Source: Isurus oxyrinchus | Lineage: Eukaryota | Assembly: GCA_026770705.1 (NCBI GenBank) | Contig: JANJGN010000049.1 | Location: forward strand, 620,001 to 684,000 | DNA: 64,000 nt | Reading direction: 5' to 3' | The notes under the pieces: model-generated | What the model saw: the letters and a program-made list of their open reading frames with translations, nothing else | What the model was told of the DNA's origin: nothing | Databases searched by the model: none | Shown: piece by piece, positions 12,589 through 25,393 of the stretch | Position numbering within the stretch: the first letter of the stretch is position 1 | Layout of the letters: every line of letters begins with the position of its first letter | Translations under genes and position numbers: made by a program

Positions 12589-14575
12589 TTTTTTTTTTTG
12601 TTTGGAAAAATATACTTCATTCATAAAATATCTGAATGAACATAAAACCTTTCCAAATGGCCATCACAAAATAATCAATCAGATTCAACTTTTACATATG
12701 GACCATGAGGTGCTTCAATACAATCAATGAATATTAGTCATTTCAATAATGGTCAGTACAGACAGTCAGACAGTGCAATGGTATTGGAGCTATTAACAAA
12801 CATCATGTTGCACTCTGCAGTGCTTCCATGCAATTATGGCACATTTAGTATTAACTACATACATTTATTGTGAGTCGTACAACCCGAGGGGTCTATACAA
12901 TTCCCAGATAGTGGCCTTTCCCCATTGTGCCTTTGCAGTGGCTGCCCCAAGCTTTAGTGCGTCCCTCAGCACGTCGTCCTGGAATGTGCCAGTCTGCAAC
13001 ACTCGGTCAGGGACAACTCTTTGCACTGGAAGACCAACAAGTTCCGGGCAGACCAAAGAACGTCTTTCACCAAGTTGATGATCCTCCAGCTACAGTTAAT
13101 GTTTGTCTCGGTGTCCCCCCTGGGAACAGCGAGTAGAACAGAGTCCTGTGTCACAGAACTGCTCGGGATGAACCTCGACAGAAACCCCTGCAACTCCCTC
13201 CAGACCTTCTTTGCAAAGTCACATTCCACAAGGAGGTGGACAAACGTCTCTTCCCCACCACAGCCACCTCCAGGGCAACATGCAGAGCGGATGAGACTCC
13301 TTGGCGTGTAGGAAGGATCTGACGGGGAGGGCCTTTCTCACCACCAGCCAAGCTATGTCTTGGTGTTTGTTGGAAAGTTCTGGCGATGAGGCATTCTGCC
13401 AAATGACTTTGACAGTCTGCTTGGGGAAGTATCCGACAGGATCCACCATCTCCTTTTCCCACAAGGCCTCTAGGACGTTACGTGCCGATCACTGCCTGAT
13501 GGACTTGTGATCAAAGGTGCTTCTCTGCATTAATTTCCCCACGAGGGACAGGTGGTACAGCACGGTCCAACTACTTGGAGCGTTCCGCGGCAGCATGGCC
13601 AGAACCATCCTTCGCAACACCAGGGACAGGTAGAACCTCAGCACGTAGTGACACTTGGTATTTGCGAACCGGGCGGTCTATGCACAGCTTGATGCAGCTG
13701 CACACAAAGGTGGGCATCAGGATGAGGACAGTTTTGGGCACGTTTTTTCCCCCCTTATCTAGAGACTTGTATATTGCAACCCTGTGAACATGATCCATTT
13801 TCGACCTCCAGATAAAGTGAAAGATGGCTCGGGTGATCGCCATTGTACAAGACTGTGGAATGGGCCAGGCCTGCGCCATGTACAGCAACAGCGAAAGTGC
13901 CTCACTCCTGATGACCAGGTCCTTACCCGCAATGGAGAGGGAGTGTCGCTCCCACATGCCCAGTTTTCTTTGCACCATAGACACTCACTCCTTCCAGTTT
14001 CCAAAGCATGGCCCGGTCCCTCTGAACCATATCCCCAGCACCTTCAGGCCCAAAGAACATGGCCTTGCTCTTCCCACTATTTACCTTGGCTCCCGAGGCC
14101 ATGGTCACAGATGTGGATCAGTCTGTGCACCGACAGCAGATCCGAGCAGGAGATGGTGACATCATCCATTTACAGGAAGACTTTGACCTGAGTGCCTCCA
14201 CTGCCTGGGATCGTCACTCCTCTTATGCCAAGATCCTTCCTGATGGACTCAGCAAAAGGCTCTATGCAACACACAAACAGGACAGGGGAGAGAGAGGGCA
14301 GCCCTGCCTGACTCCAAATTTAAAAGGAAAGCTATCTGATTCCCACCCATTGATTGAGACTGCACTACTGATGTTAGTGTTGAACGGTTGGATCCAGTTG
14401 TGGATTCTGTCCCCAAACCCCATTTTGGAGAGCACATTCACCATGTAGGTGTGTGATACTCTGTCAAAGGTGTTCTCTTGATCCAGGCTGATGAGGCAGG
14501 TGTCTACACCCCTGTCCTGCACATAGAGAATCGTATCCCTGAGTTGAAAACCATCCATTTAACCACGCGGCTACG
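12589..14575 (-). mobile_element. 5'-truncated, frameshifted Tx1/L1-clade LINE
   Basis: RT motifs ISLDQENTFDRVSH...GVRQGCPLSPL (14262-14558), LGMWERHSLSIAGK, zinc-finger ECDFAKKVW; 11-T run at 12589-12599 is the poly(A) tail on the minus strand. Confidence 0.9.
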
Positions 14576-15096
14576 GTGATTGACCAAGGATCCAATGCTT
14601 TTCATTCATTCATCAATAACACCATTCACAGCTTCCACTTCTCAGCTGCACCTCCTTCCAAACATTGTGATCCATTTTCCTCAGGATTTGTTTCTGGATT
14701 TAATGTTTAGCTGCTTTGTGACCTCATTTTGAAAACAGATTCTCTTCAATATCCAACACAATTTGAACTACAAACCTGACGGACAAACAATGGAAAAATG
14801 TCACTCGGTAACACAAATTCCATGATGCTCATTTTCAGATTCACAACAGTTAACTTTTCAATAAAATTAAGGAATTTTAGAGTGAAATGATTTAGAAAGT
14901 TTGCATGACTTTTATTTGTGACTCATTGACTTGGGCATTCTGTAAATGCTGCTCGGAGGTTTAGTGACAGGCATATAACCTACCTGCATTTTCCTGAGCC
15001 TGTGCTCGGTGTATTGGGGAAGGGTTGGAGTATCTTGCATCCCAGTGATGGGCAATAACCCGCTGATGGAAGCTGCAATCGGCACTTTCTGCTGTC

Positions 15097-15170
15097 AGCA
15101 GTTGAGTGGTCTCGAACCACTGAGCTTTCGGTTAACAGCTGAGTATGCTGACTAGTGGTGCCACAGAAAC
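15097..15170 (-). pseudogene. tRNA-Asn(GTT) pseudogene
   Basis: Reverse complement aligns along its full length to vertebrate tRNA-Asn (ctcgaaccac...ctttcggttaacagc...gccacagaaac); acceptor stem and D-arm are disrupted. Confidence 0.8.
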
Positions 15171-16029
15171 AGATGCAAACTTTAACAGGGTATCAGTGAG
15201 TTAAACCTTCAGATTGCTGCTACCAGAATGACAATTGTCTCTATCATTTTTACTCTTCCAAAATAAAGGGTGGGACATTCAGTGTGGATACATGGAAACA
15301 GTCTGATTCCACCCACTGCAGACATATCCCTGTCACCGGGAACCAGCTGTCCTACAACCCTTGCCATCTCTCTTCGAGCCTTTCAGTGCCTTGGCTGTTA
15401 CCAAGTATTCTGATTGTTCTGAAGCCAAAATTAGGTTTGAATTCCTGATGTGCAGTAATGAGAATCATTTCAATGTCTCAGATCAGTTAATTTCACTGAT
15501 AACGTCAGAGTCAATGTTCCAGCGTCTTAAAGAAGGTAAAGGTGCCTTGACTGTCTCTGGTCAGTTGGGCAGTTCACCCTTCATTCTCCTCTGATTCCGG
15601 TTCCCAAAGTCTTTCTGAAGATTCACAAAGCTGCAGACTGGGTTTTCTGCTTTGGTTCCTTCTCCATTTTCCCACCTGCCAACTGACAATATTTTCCAAA
15701 ATCTCATCTCAATCCTCTGCCTTGCATCATGTCCAGAGATGAAGAAATTCAGTTTTGTGGAGATAATAGAGACCGGGATTCTCCTCTTTAGAGCAAAGAA
15801 GTTTAAGTGGAGATTTCATGGAGCTGTCCAAAATGAGGTGGGTGGGGGCAGTGGGGACGGGCGGCTTGATGGTGCAGGTAGGGAGGAACTGTTTCCACTG
15901 ACGGGGGTCAGTAACCACAGGATTGGGATTTAAAGATAGTGAAGGAAAGACAGACTTGCCTTTATACAACGCATTCCTGACCAGCGGATGTCTGAAACCA
16001 CTTTCAAGCCAATTAAGTACTTTTTGAAT

Positions 16030-16145
16030 TAAAAACAGAAAATGCTGGAGAAACTCAGCAGGTTTTGCTCTCCACAGACGCTGTCAGACCTGCTGAGTTA
16101 TACCTGCGTTTAATGTTTTTATTTCAGATTTCCAGTATTTTGGTT
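16030..16145. mobile_element. Collapsed hairpin remnant of the Penelope-derived repeat
   Basis: ctcagcaggt followed about 25 nt later by its inverse acctgctgag, with family flanks. Confidence 0.6.
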
Positions 16146-17197
16146 TTATTGAAGTACTTCCCGAAGCAGAGTCATTGTTTTCATGCAGGGAACAAGGCAT
16201 CCAATCACTGCTTGACAAACACCCAAAGCCAGGGACTTGACAAAGCGCAGAGCTTATAATCTTGGTTGAAGGATAAACAGTGACCAGGACACATGACCAC
16301 ATCCTGCTGTCTTCAGCAAACTTCAATCTGCAAGTTATGATAATGGTTCTGGCCAGTTTCGCACGAGGAAACTCTTCACATATTAGATAAACATGATAAC
16401 CACTGCCCTGCAGAAACAGGGGACAGGAGAAAAGCTCAGTAGGCCTCACTACAATGTTAAACGGTGACGTTATGCAGCAACACTTTTAGTCTTTATTTTG
16501 AAGAAATGGAATTCGGCTGTTTTTTTTGGGAATGCTGGAGACAGACTGATCAATAATGTCATCATCAAATGGCACAGCTCTACAAGAGGCCCATAGTATC
16601 GATGTCAGTGTTCCACAAAGAGCTTTCGAGTTAATCTCAGTTTCTTTGTCTCTTTCCATCGCTCTGATATTTTTCCCCCTTTCAAGTCATTGTCCAATTC
16701 CCTTTTGAAAACTCTGAGTTAAGAGAAACAATATTGAAAGAGGTGCAGGAGCTGCTGCCGTGTCCATGCTCAGTGTGTGAAAATTAACAAAGATTCCCTG
16801 ACTCATTGAGATGAAGGGTTGGATTCTGAATTCTTTTACAATTATTCAAATTTTTAAAATATTTGTTTTCTAATCGAATTTTCAGAAAACAAATATCTAT
16901 TCTGAACAATCATCTCCTCATTTTCCTCAGTTGATACCTTTTACCAACATTTCATTGAGTAAACACGCACAGTCACCATAGGAAAAAAACACATCATTTG
17001 AAACATTGAAATAGCGAAACATTGAAATAATGAAGTTAATAGTGGAGATGATTTCTGTATGTTACAAAGTTCAGGATGATCTGATTAACTGGAGGAGCTG
17101 GTTCGAGTTTCCCAATGACCGATTCCTGCTCCTTTGCTCCTGTTCTATTTCGATGATAATACCAATGAAGGGAATTAGGAAAAGTTAAAGGGAGCGT

Positions 17198-17279
17198 GGT
17201 AGTGTGGCCGAGCGGTCTTAGGCACTGGATTAAGGCTCCAGTCTCGACAGAGACGTGGGTTCGCATCCCACCACTGCCA
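17198..17279 (+). tRNA. tRNA-Leu(AAG), cloverleaf intact but invariant A58 is C
   Basis: 82 nt; acceptor GGTAGTG/CACTGCC; anticodon arm CTGGA-TTAAGGC-TCCAG; variable arm gtctc-gaca-gagac; T-loop TTCGCAT instead of TTCGAAT; TTTT at 17299-17302. Confidence 0.7.
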
Positions 17280-18396
17280 AACGTTTACATGATCCACGTT
17301 TTGGGATCTGCAGCAGCCCCATTCAAACCAACAGATACCAGCTCACACCAGCGGAGTGTGCGGTGTTTTACTTTGATGGGAAAGAACGAGTAGAGGCAAT
17401 ATAAATATGAATTGCTGTAGGGAAAGGTGGGGTGTGGAATTGCAGTCGTTGAGTTGCTTTTCCGGAGGGTCGGCATGTGAATGATATGCTGAATAATCTT
17501 CTGATGTCGCCGTCTATGATTTTATACAAACATTATTAATGCACATCTGGGGCTTGGATTCGTGACTGAGCGTTTAAGGTGGCATGTTTTGAATGCATTG
17601 GGATCTCCACAGGTACGCTGGAATCCTGTTAATTACGCCTCTTATCATTCCTGAACTTTACAGTGTACCTGCACCATTAATTGTCTGAATAAGTTGAATA
17701 AAAACCATCTAAAACCTCCAGCGTTCTCAAATTTCTATTCGTCTGCAAACATTCACAAAAGTTGCAGCGAGAAATGGAACAAGAACGGAATCAGGTTGTT
17801 GTCAGGCTTGATTTCTGGATGTTTGTCTCCCCTTAGAGACAATCCCTTGCCCTTTGTCACTCTCGATGTATATGTCTGTGTTTGTTCCTCTGTGTGTGTC
17901 AGTGTGGTTCAGTTCCCCAAAGGCATGAACATATTTTTACCATCACAAACTTTATGCACATTAGTTTCAAATTTCTCAGAGAAAAATATCAGGATGGAAG
18001 ATGCAGGAGGAGTTTGCAATGTTTGGAAGGAGGTGCAACTAAAAAGGGGGAAGATTCAGGGAGAAGTTTTCTTCTCACATAACACGAGATTTGGAACAAG
18101 ATCTGGGAGGTATTTGTGTCGGTGTAAACACTAAAGCCTCCCTTATTCCCGCTATATTTTGCCTTGCACAAACATCTCTCTGGATAGGGTTTTGAAACCT
18201 ATCATAGACCTTCTCTCATTCCCTATCTTCACCTCTATATTTGTTCTCGACCCGTTGCAAGGGTGACATTTCTGGCTCTGAGGCAGAACTCCAGCTCTCA
18301 CTCCATTGATTCTGGCAGAGATGGGCATCTTCTGTTTTTCATCAAAAAACAACTTAGGCTCATTTTAACAGTTTGCACGCAGTCAATAAATCTCCA

Positions 18397-18468
18397 TTCC
18401 CTGACCAGGAATCAAACCTGGACCACAGCAGTGAAAGCAGGGAATCCTGACCACTAGCCCACCAAGAA
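18397..18468 (-). pseudogene. tRNA-Glu(TTC) pseudogene with heavy CpG decay
   Basis: 72 nt aligning to tRNA-Glu; most CG dinucleotides converted to CA or TG, including in the T-loop. Confidence 0.85.
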
Positions 18469-18556
18469 AGCTGTTTACAAGCCTCACAATCCGGCTTATC
18501 TATGCTACCTGAGCCTTTTATTTTTGTTTCAGACCTCTTTTGCCAGAGACACGTTT

Positions 18557-19620
18557 CATAAGAACACAAAGGACATTAGAAATTGGAGCAGGAGTCGGCC
18601 ATTTGGCCCCTCTAGCCTACCCCGCTATTCAATAAGATCATGGCTACTCTGCCCCAGGCCTCAACTCCTCTTTCCTGCCAGCTCCTCATAGCCCTCAATC
18701 CCCGATATTTCAAAAATCTATCTACTCCTCTTTAAATACTCTCAGTGAGCTAGCCTCCACAGCTGTCTTGGGTAGAGAATTCCAAACATACACTACCCTC
18801 TGGGAGAAGAAATTCCTTCGCATCTCAGTTTGAAAAGAGTGTCCTTCGATTCTGTAACTATGTCCCCGAGTTGGAGGTTCCCCCATTAGTGGGAACATCT
18901 TTTCAACATCTACCCTGTCAATCTCCTCAGAATCTTGCACGTTTCAATAAGATCACCCCTCAATATTCTAAACTCTAATGAGTAAAGTCTTCACCTGCTT
19001 CACCGTTCTTGATTAGTCAACCCCTTCATCCCAGGAATCAGCCTAGTGAATCTCTTTTGAACTGCCCGCAATGCCAATGTATGCTTCCTTAAATATGGGG
19101 ACCAAAACTGTACACAGAACTCCAGTTGCTGCCTCACCAACACCCTGTACATCTGTAACAAGACTTCGCGATTTTTAAATTCTAACCACGAGCAAAACAG
19201 GCCAAAATTCCATTTGCCTTCTTAATTAATTGCTCCACCTGCATGCCAGCTTTTTGTGTTTCATGCATTGGAACACTCAGATCCCTCTGTGCTGCACGGT
19301 TTTGGAATCTCCCTCCATTTAAATAATATTCTGCCTTTTAATTCTTCCTAGCAATGTGTATGATCTCAAACTTTCCTACATTACACTCCATCTGCCATCT
19401 TTTGCCCACTGATTCAACTTATCTATATCCCCTTGAAGATTCTTCAAGTCCTCATCAGAACCTGACCTCCCACCTATTTTTATATCGTCAGAAAATTTGG
19501 ATACAGTACACTCTGCTCCCTCCTCCATGTCATTAGTATAGATAGTAAATAATTGAGTCCCTGAGACTGATCCTTGTGGCACTCCACCAGTTACGTCTTT
19601 CCAATCTGAATAATCCCGAC
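18557..19620 (-). mobile_element. CR1 LINE 3' fragment
   Basis: ORFs 19376-19582 (PQGSVSGTQLFTIYTND...VSKFSDDIKIGG) and 18722-18940 (RRNFFSQRVVYVWNSLP); 3' end at about 18557. Confidence 0.9.
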
Positions 19621-19653
19621 TGTCTGGCTTCTGTGTGTTAAATTAAGCTTTTC

Positions 19654-20622
19654 ACATTGCAGGGTTTCTGTAGGCTAATAGGGATCATGGTCTCTCACAT
19701 ACGGAAAGTTTCCCCGCTACATTGCAGGGTTTCTGTAGGGTAGTAGGCATCACGGTCTCCCACACACGGAAAATTTCCCCGCTACATTGCAGGGTTTGTG
19801 TAGGGTAGTAGGCATCACGGTCTCCCACACACGGAAAATTTCCCCGCTACATTGCAGGGTTTGTGTAGGGTAGTAGGGATCATGGTCTCCCACACACGGA
19901 AAGTTTCCCCGCTACATTGCAGGGTTTGTGTAGAGTAGTAGGCATCACGGTCTCCCACACACGGAAAGTTTCCCCGCTACATTGCAGCGTTTGTGTAGGG
20001 TAGTAGGGATCATGGTCTCCCACACATGGAAAGTTGCCCCGCTACATTGCAGGGTTTGTGTAGAGTAGTAGGATCATGGTCTCCCACACATGGAAAGTTT
20101 CCCCGCTACATTGCAGGGTTTGTGTAGAGTAGTAGGGCTCATGGTCTCCCACACACGGAAAGTTTCCCCGCTACATTGCAGGGTTTTTGTAGAGTAGTAG
20201 GGCTCATGGTCTCCCACACATGGAAAGTTTCCTCGCTACATTGCAGGGTTTGTGTAGAGTAGTAGGGTTCATGGTCTCCCACACACAGAAAGTTTCCCCG
20301 CTACATTGCAGGGTTTTTGTAGAGTAGTAGGGCTCATGGTCTCCCACACATGGAAAGTTTCCCCGCTACATTGCAGGGTTTGTGTAGAGTAGTAGGGTTC
20401 ATGGTCTCCCACACACAGAAAGTTTCCCTGTTACATTGCAGGGTTTGTGTAGAGTAGTAGGGCTCATGGTCTCCCACACACGGAAAGTTTCCCCGCTACA
20501 TTGCAGGGTTTGTGTAGAGTAGTAGGGCTCATGGACTCCCACACACGGAAAGTTTCCCTGTTACATTGCAGAGTTTGTGTAGGGTAATAGGGATCATGGT
20601 CTCTAACCACAGAAGGTTTCCA
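19654..20622. repeat. 65-bp minisatellite, about 15 copies
   Basis: acattgcag recurs at 19654, 19719, 19784 ... 20563 (period 65, one unit 64). Consensus ACATTGCAGGGTTTGTGTAGRGTAGTAGGGMTCATGGTCTCCCACACACGGAAAGTTTCCCCGCT. Confidence 0.97.
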
Positions 20623-21011
20623 CGTTCGAAATGGGGAAACATTAACAGGATTAAGTGTGAGGAATGGTTGCATCATTCCCGTTTGTTGTTAAATAGTAAC
20701 TGGATGCATCATCTCAAAACAAAGTGAGATTTATCTTTCTCCAGGTTTTGCGTAATATCCTGAAAAGTGCATGGCTCGGAAAAAAGAGAGAAAGATGGGG
20801 ACGGATTTGCTGTAAGGCTGTTCGCACATGTTTGAGGTGTTGAATGAATTGCTTATGTGCTGTGCCATCTGATGATTCTAATGTTCGATCAATTTCTCTG
20901 CCGCAGGGCTCAGGTTCTCAGCCGAATTTTACTTACACAAAACAAGGTTTGGAACTGCAATAAGACAGCAAAATTTAATATTCTAGGTCGTTATGCATGG
21001 AGCTGCGAGTA

Positions 21012-21086
21012 GTTTTTGTAGTCCAATGGTTATCACATTTGCTTTACATGGGGAAGATTCTCTGGTCCAAACCTCACTGCAGAGCA
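21012..21086 (+). pseudogene. Strongly degenerate tRNA-Val pseudogene
   Basis: gtttttgtagtccaatggttatcacatttgctttacatgg aligns to the tRNA-Val 5' half; the 3' half is poorly conserved. Confidence 0.6.
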
Positions 21087-21439
21087 GTAGAACTGGAACC
21101 GCTTGTGGAAACATTTCTTGCCGCCGTTGACAACCCAAATCTGTGTCACAATGAATGTTGATGGGTGGAAAAAACATTGGAAGCTTCGTCCCTGAGAACC
21201 ACCAAACTTTCAGTTAGTCGAACACGCTGATCAATTGTGCTATAGGGACGGATGTAACTTTCCATGTTCTTTGCACAAGTGCAGCCGAGTCTCTTTGAAA
21301 TCAGCACATCTTTCTCACCTTTTCAAACGTGTTCTGCTTTGTTGCTTTTTAAAAATTACTACGACTGACTGAGTTACTTCAGTCTTTGCAACATTTTTCT
21401 CCATCTCCCATCTTGTTTTCCAGTCACTTCTTATATAAT

Positions 21440-22735
21440 ATAAAAACAGAAATTCCTGGGAAAACTCAACAGGTCTCACAGACTCGGTGGAGAGGGAAAC
21501 AGTGTTAATGTTCGAATCCGTATGACGCTTCTTCAGAGATGAAGAAAAGTAGAAATTGTTTGAATTCTCCTGTTTAAGTGGGGCGGGATGGGTAGAGCAG
21601 GTGATTCTGGATAGAAGGTCAGTGATAGGTGGGAGCTAAGGAGAGACTGACTAAGATGCCCTGGACACAAGTCAAAGGGGATATTAATTGTAATGGTAAA
21701 GGCTGAAGAAGGTGCTGATAATGGCATAAAGGTAAGTAAGCAGGATATGTGAATAGCAGAACAAGGTTCAGCGCTCTGTGAAAAAAACAACATGGAACGA
21801 GGAACGGATGGCCCTTTTGGGGGTGGGATGTGGGAGGGGGATATAGTTGGGGAAAAAAGATAGAAAAGGGGTTAATAAAAGGGGGTGGGGTGAAATAATG
21901 AATAAATGAATGAAAAATAAGTTAATAAAATACTTTCTCATTAAGAGATGTTAAAAAGGGTGAAAATGAAGGAGAGAGTTCATGATCTGAAGCTGCTGAA
22001 CTTCATGTTACGTCCGGAAGACTGTAAAGTGCCTAGTCGGAAGATGAGGTGCTGTTCCTCCAGTTTGCGCTGAGCTTCACTGGAACAATGCAGCAAGCCA
22101 AGGACAGACATGTGGGCATGACAGCAGGGTGGAGTGTTGAAATGGCAAATAACAGGGTGGTCTGGGTCATGCTTGCAGACAGACTGAAGATGTTCCACAA
22201 AGCGGTTGGCCAGTTTGCGTTTGTTCTCTGCAATGTAGGGGAGACCGCATTGGGAGCAGTGAATGCAATGGACCAAGTTGGAGGTGCACATGAAGCGCTG
22301 CTTCACCTGAAATGAATGTTTGGGCACTTGGAAGGTGAGGAGAGAGGGCCCTAAAGGGCCATCTGTCATTGCTCTATGTTGTTCTTTCACAAAGTGCTGA
22401 TCCTTATTCTGCTATTCAAACATTCTGCTTTCTTACCTTTAAGCAATTATCAGCACCATTTTTAGCCCTTACCGCTACCATTAACACTCCCTTTGTCTTG
22501 TGCACATAATATCTTGCCAATTCCTCCTGACTTCCCCAACTGCTCCACCCCACGCCCTCGTAAACAGTATAAAAACAGTGAACGTTTCTGCTTCTCTTTA
22601 GCTCTGAAGAAGATCACACGGACTCGAGACGTTGACTCTGTTTCTGTCTCCACAGATGCTGCCGGATACTGAGTTTTTACTTCAGATTTCCAGCATCCAC
22701 AGTACTTTAACTTAAAAGCAAAATGCTTCACCACA
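21440..22735 (-). mobile_element. Penelope-like element remnant with GIY-YIG endonuclease and inverted terminal repeats
   Basis: ORF 21980-22390 CTSNLVHCIHCSQCGLPYIAENKR...HFN...EAQRKLEEQHLIFRLGTLQSSGRNMKF is the Penelope GIY-YIG domain; arms 21445-21545 and 22590-22710 are inverse copies. Confidence 0.85.
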
Positions 22736-22820
22736 GTACTTTGCTTTTTCTTCTTATATATTGTTATGCTGTTTTTCAGCTTTCCACATAACTTCATATT
22801 CTCCGTTAAAGGTTAATGAA

Positions 22821-22893
22821 AGGCTCTAGTGAAAGTTGAACTTACAGCCCCTGATGTATAAGGGAAGTGCTCCAACCACTGACCTATGGAGCC
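22821..22893 (-). pseudogene. tRNA-Thr(TGT)-derived pseudogene (anticodon now TAT)
   Basis: Reverse complement begins GGCTCCATAGGTCAGTGGTTGGAGCAC; 73 nt; anticodon and T stems are disrupted. Confidence 0.7.
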
Positions 22894-23156
22894 ACCAGTT
22901 AACAAGACCACAGGAAAGCGACCATATTCAATAGACTGAGGTAGATGGTAAGTCCCAGGTGGGTGACATTTGAGAGACGTGAAAATGTCTGAGATGGAGA
23001 ACAGGAAGTTAAAAGATGCAACATGAAAGCAGCAGAATTTGATGTGTGTCAGTTACTTTCAGTGATGAATTTCTGCCATGTGCCACCTTGTCAGTTTCAC
23101 AGGAGCTGCAGGGATGAGGTTGGCGGCACCTGGTTAAAATGAGGAAGAATGTGAAC

Positions 23157-23238
23157 TGTAGTCAGCAGGATTCAAACCTACAGGGGGAGACACCAATGGA
23201 TTCCAAATCCATCACCTTAAACATTCAGCTCGACTAAC
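23157..23238 (-). pseudogene. tRNA-Ser(TGA)-derived pseudogene (anticodon now TGG)
   Basis: 82 nt aligning to tRNA-Ser including the long variable arm (gggggagacaccaatgg); 5' end and A-box decayed. Confidence 0.75.
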
Positions 23239-23904
23239 AGCTGCTCACGAGCTCAAATGTGTCCTTATCAAATCAGAGGTGACTGCAAAATAAGTCAATC
23301 GGCCCATCGTGTCTGTGCTGGCTCTCTGGGAGAGCAGCTCTACCAATTCCACACACCTGCCTTTACCCCCACAACAATTTATATTTGTATTGCCTCACCG
23401 TGCTTTTCCAAACAAAATAAAGGACCACAACCCGCCCCATATTAAACTAGAGTCCCCTCTTGTTCTCCGAAAGGGAATTCCTAAAGTGCGCAAAAGTGGG
23501 AATGTGACTCAAACTGTGGCAACGCTTGAATTAGGATCAACTCCTCGAGGGACTGGAAGGAACCCAAGTCCAAATCTCCATGTCACTGGGTCAGGGAAAC
23601 TGTGCATGGATTCTGCAGAAACTCATTCTTCAACAGTGAATTAGACAGTTACTTGAAATAGAGAAATCGAGGCTTATGGAAAGAGAGAGGAATATTGACA
23701 CTAATTGATTGCTCTTTAAAAAAGAAGCTGCGATGATCTAATGACTCTTCAACACGCAGTGCCATTTGATGATGACATTGTTGACCAGTCTGTCTCCAGC
23801 ATTCCTGATGAGAACAGCCGAATTCCATTTCTTCAAAACATGGACCCAAAGTGCTATTGCCGAACTGCAATGTAGTCAGGTGCACTTGAGTACTTTTGTG
23901 TGAG

Positions 23905-23977
23905 GTTTCTGCAGTGTAGTGGTTATCACGTTCGCCTTATATGCGAAAGGTCCCTGGTTCAAAATTGGGCAGAAACA
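23905..23977 (+). pseudogene. tRNA-Val(TAC)-derived pseudogene (anticodon now TAT)
   Basis: 73 nt; acceptor GTTTCTG/CAGAAAC still pairs and the anticodon stem is intact, but U8 is C and the T-stem has three G-T pairs. Confidence 0.85.
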
Positions 23978-24443
23978 TTATTGAAAATTGTTTAATTAGG
24001 TGAGAGGGAAAGTTGCTTTGTTCCCTGCTTGTTGTTGAATATTAGCTGAATGCAGAATCTCACATTCGGATTGCACTTACTCTTCGTCTTTTCACAAAGT
24101 GGACACAGCAAAGTGAGGATGTCCTTCAACTGGCAGCCGGTGAGTGGGGACTATTTAAAATGAATATTCAATAAAAAACATATCTGTTGGAACTCGCCGT
24201 GTAACAGGACAGTTGGCAATTTCTGTCCTCTTTAGTCGCTTAAGGACCCAATGAGAACGCTTGACTGTGAGCCAAAGAATACTGCTCCAGCTAACAGCAA
24301 TCGCTGTTGTCATTGGCTGAAGAAGTCATTTGTGTTCGACATAAACGTGTCATTTTGTGGGAGAAAAGTGCCTCTAATGAAAGAGATGTGAAATGAAAAT
24401 AAAATGCACAGGTAGCATGGATAAGCCGGGCTGTGAAGTTGCA

Positions 24444-24477
24444 AGCCTGGGGGTCTAGTGGTTAGGATTTGGCACTT
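24444..24477 (+). pseudogene. 5' half of tRNA-Glu (truncated)
   Basis: agcctgggggtctagtggttaggatttggcactt; upstream flank is paralogous to that of the Glu copy at 30707. Confidence 0.6.
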
Positions 24478-25341
24478 ATAAATGTCATGTGAATGATTAA
24501 AATAAATGTGCATTACTTCCTGATTGAAAACTGAAAACGCATATCAACTCCGCCTGCATCAGTGGAGTGAGAGCTGGAGTTTTGCATCAGAGCCGGAAAT
24601 GTCACCTGTGCAACAGGCCGCGAACAAACTCAGAGGTGAATATCGGAAATCAGAGAAGGGCTGTGATAGGCTGAAAAGCAATGACCATAGAAATGGTGGT
24701 GCATGGGAAAATGTAGAGGTGATAGTGGAGATTGTATTGTTTGCAATGACACAAATATTTCCCAGACCTGTTTCCAAATCTCGTGCTAAATGAGAAGGAA
24801 ATTTCCCACTGAATTTACTCAGTCCCATGATCTTAAAGGAGCAGAACACAAGGGAAGAAGGTGGATTTTACTGGAATGGGTTGTAAGATGATGGAATGAC
24901 TGTGAAGGCAGCAGCAGTGAGGATGGAAATGAAATAATTATAGAAAATTACAGCACAGAAAGAGGCCATTCGGCCCGGCGCACTGCTTTGAAAGAGCAGT
25001 TGTGATTGGTTGATCAGTGATATTTGTCCCAGTTTGAACAGCAGGAAGAAAAATCTGTCCCATTCCCACCCACATTTTGCACCATCATCCCTTTAGTCTG
25101 TTTCTCTCTCATGCCTTGTAACCTGTCACAGTCCTTCCCTTTTGTCCTTTCACTCCCCTCCCTCCGGCTCTGGACTTGTTTTCCACCTGTTACATCTCTG
25201 AATTTTCCAGCTCTGATGAAAGATCATCCAGCTGGAAGATTATCTCTGTTTCTCACTCCACAGACGCTGCCAGACCTGATTTCATTCAAGAAGGAATTCC
25301 TGTTCATTGTGATAGTTCACACAACGGAAAGGAAAAGGTTT

Positions 25342-25393
25342 TTTCCTGTACGGGAATTAAACCTAGGCTGCAGCGGTGAAAGCACCAAATGCT
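25342..25393 (-). pseudogene. 3' two-thirds of tRNA-Glu(TTC)
   Basis: tttcctgtacgggaattaaacctaggctgcagcggtgaaagcaccaaat; flank is paralogous to that of the Glu copy at 29431. Confidence 0.65.

Noticed and set aside
12580-14585. Target-site duplication for the Tx1/L1 copy (gtgatt on both sides)
   Set aside because: Only 5-6 bp and overlapping the poly-T; cannot be told from chance.
19654-20622. 65-bp array as a CRISPR array
   Set aside because: No unique spacers, no cas genes, vertebrate context.
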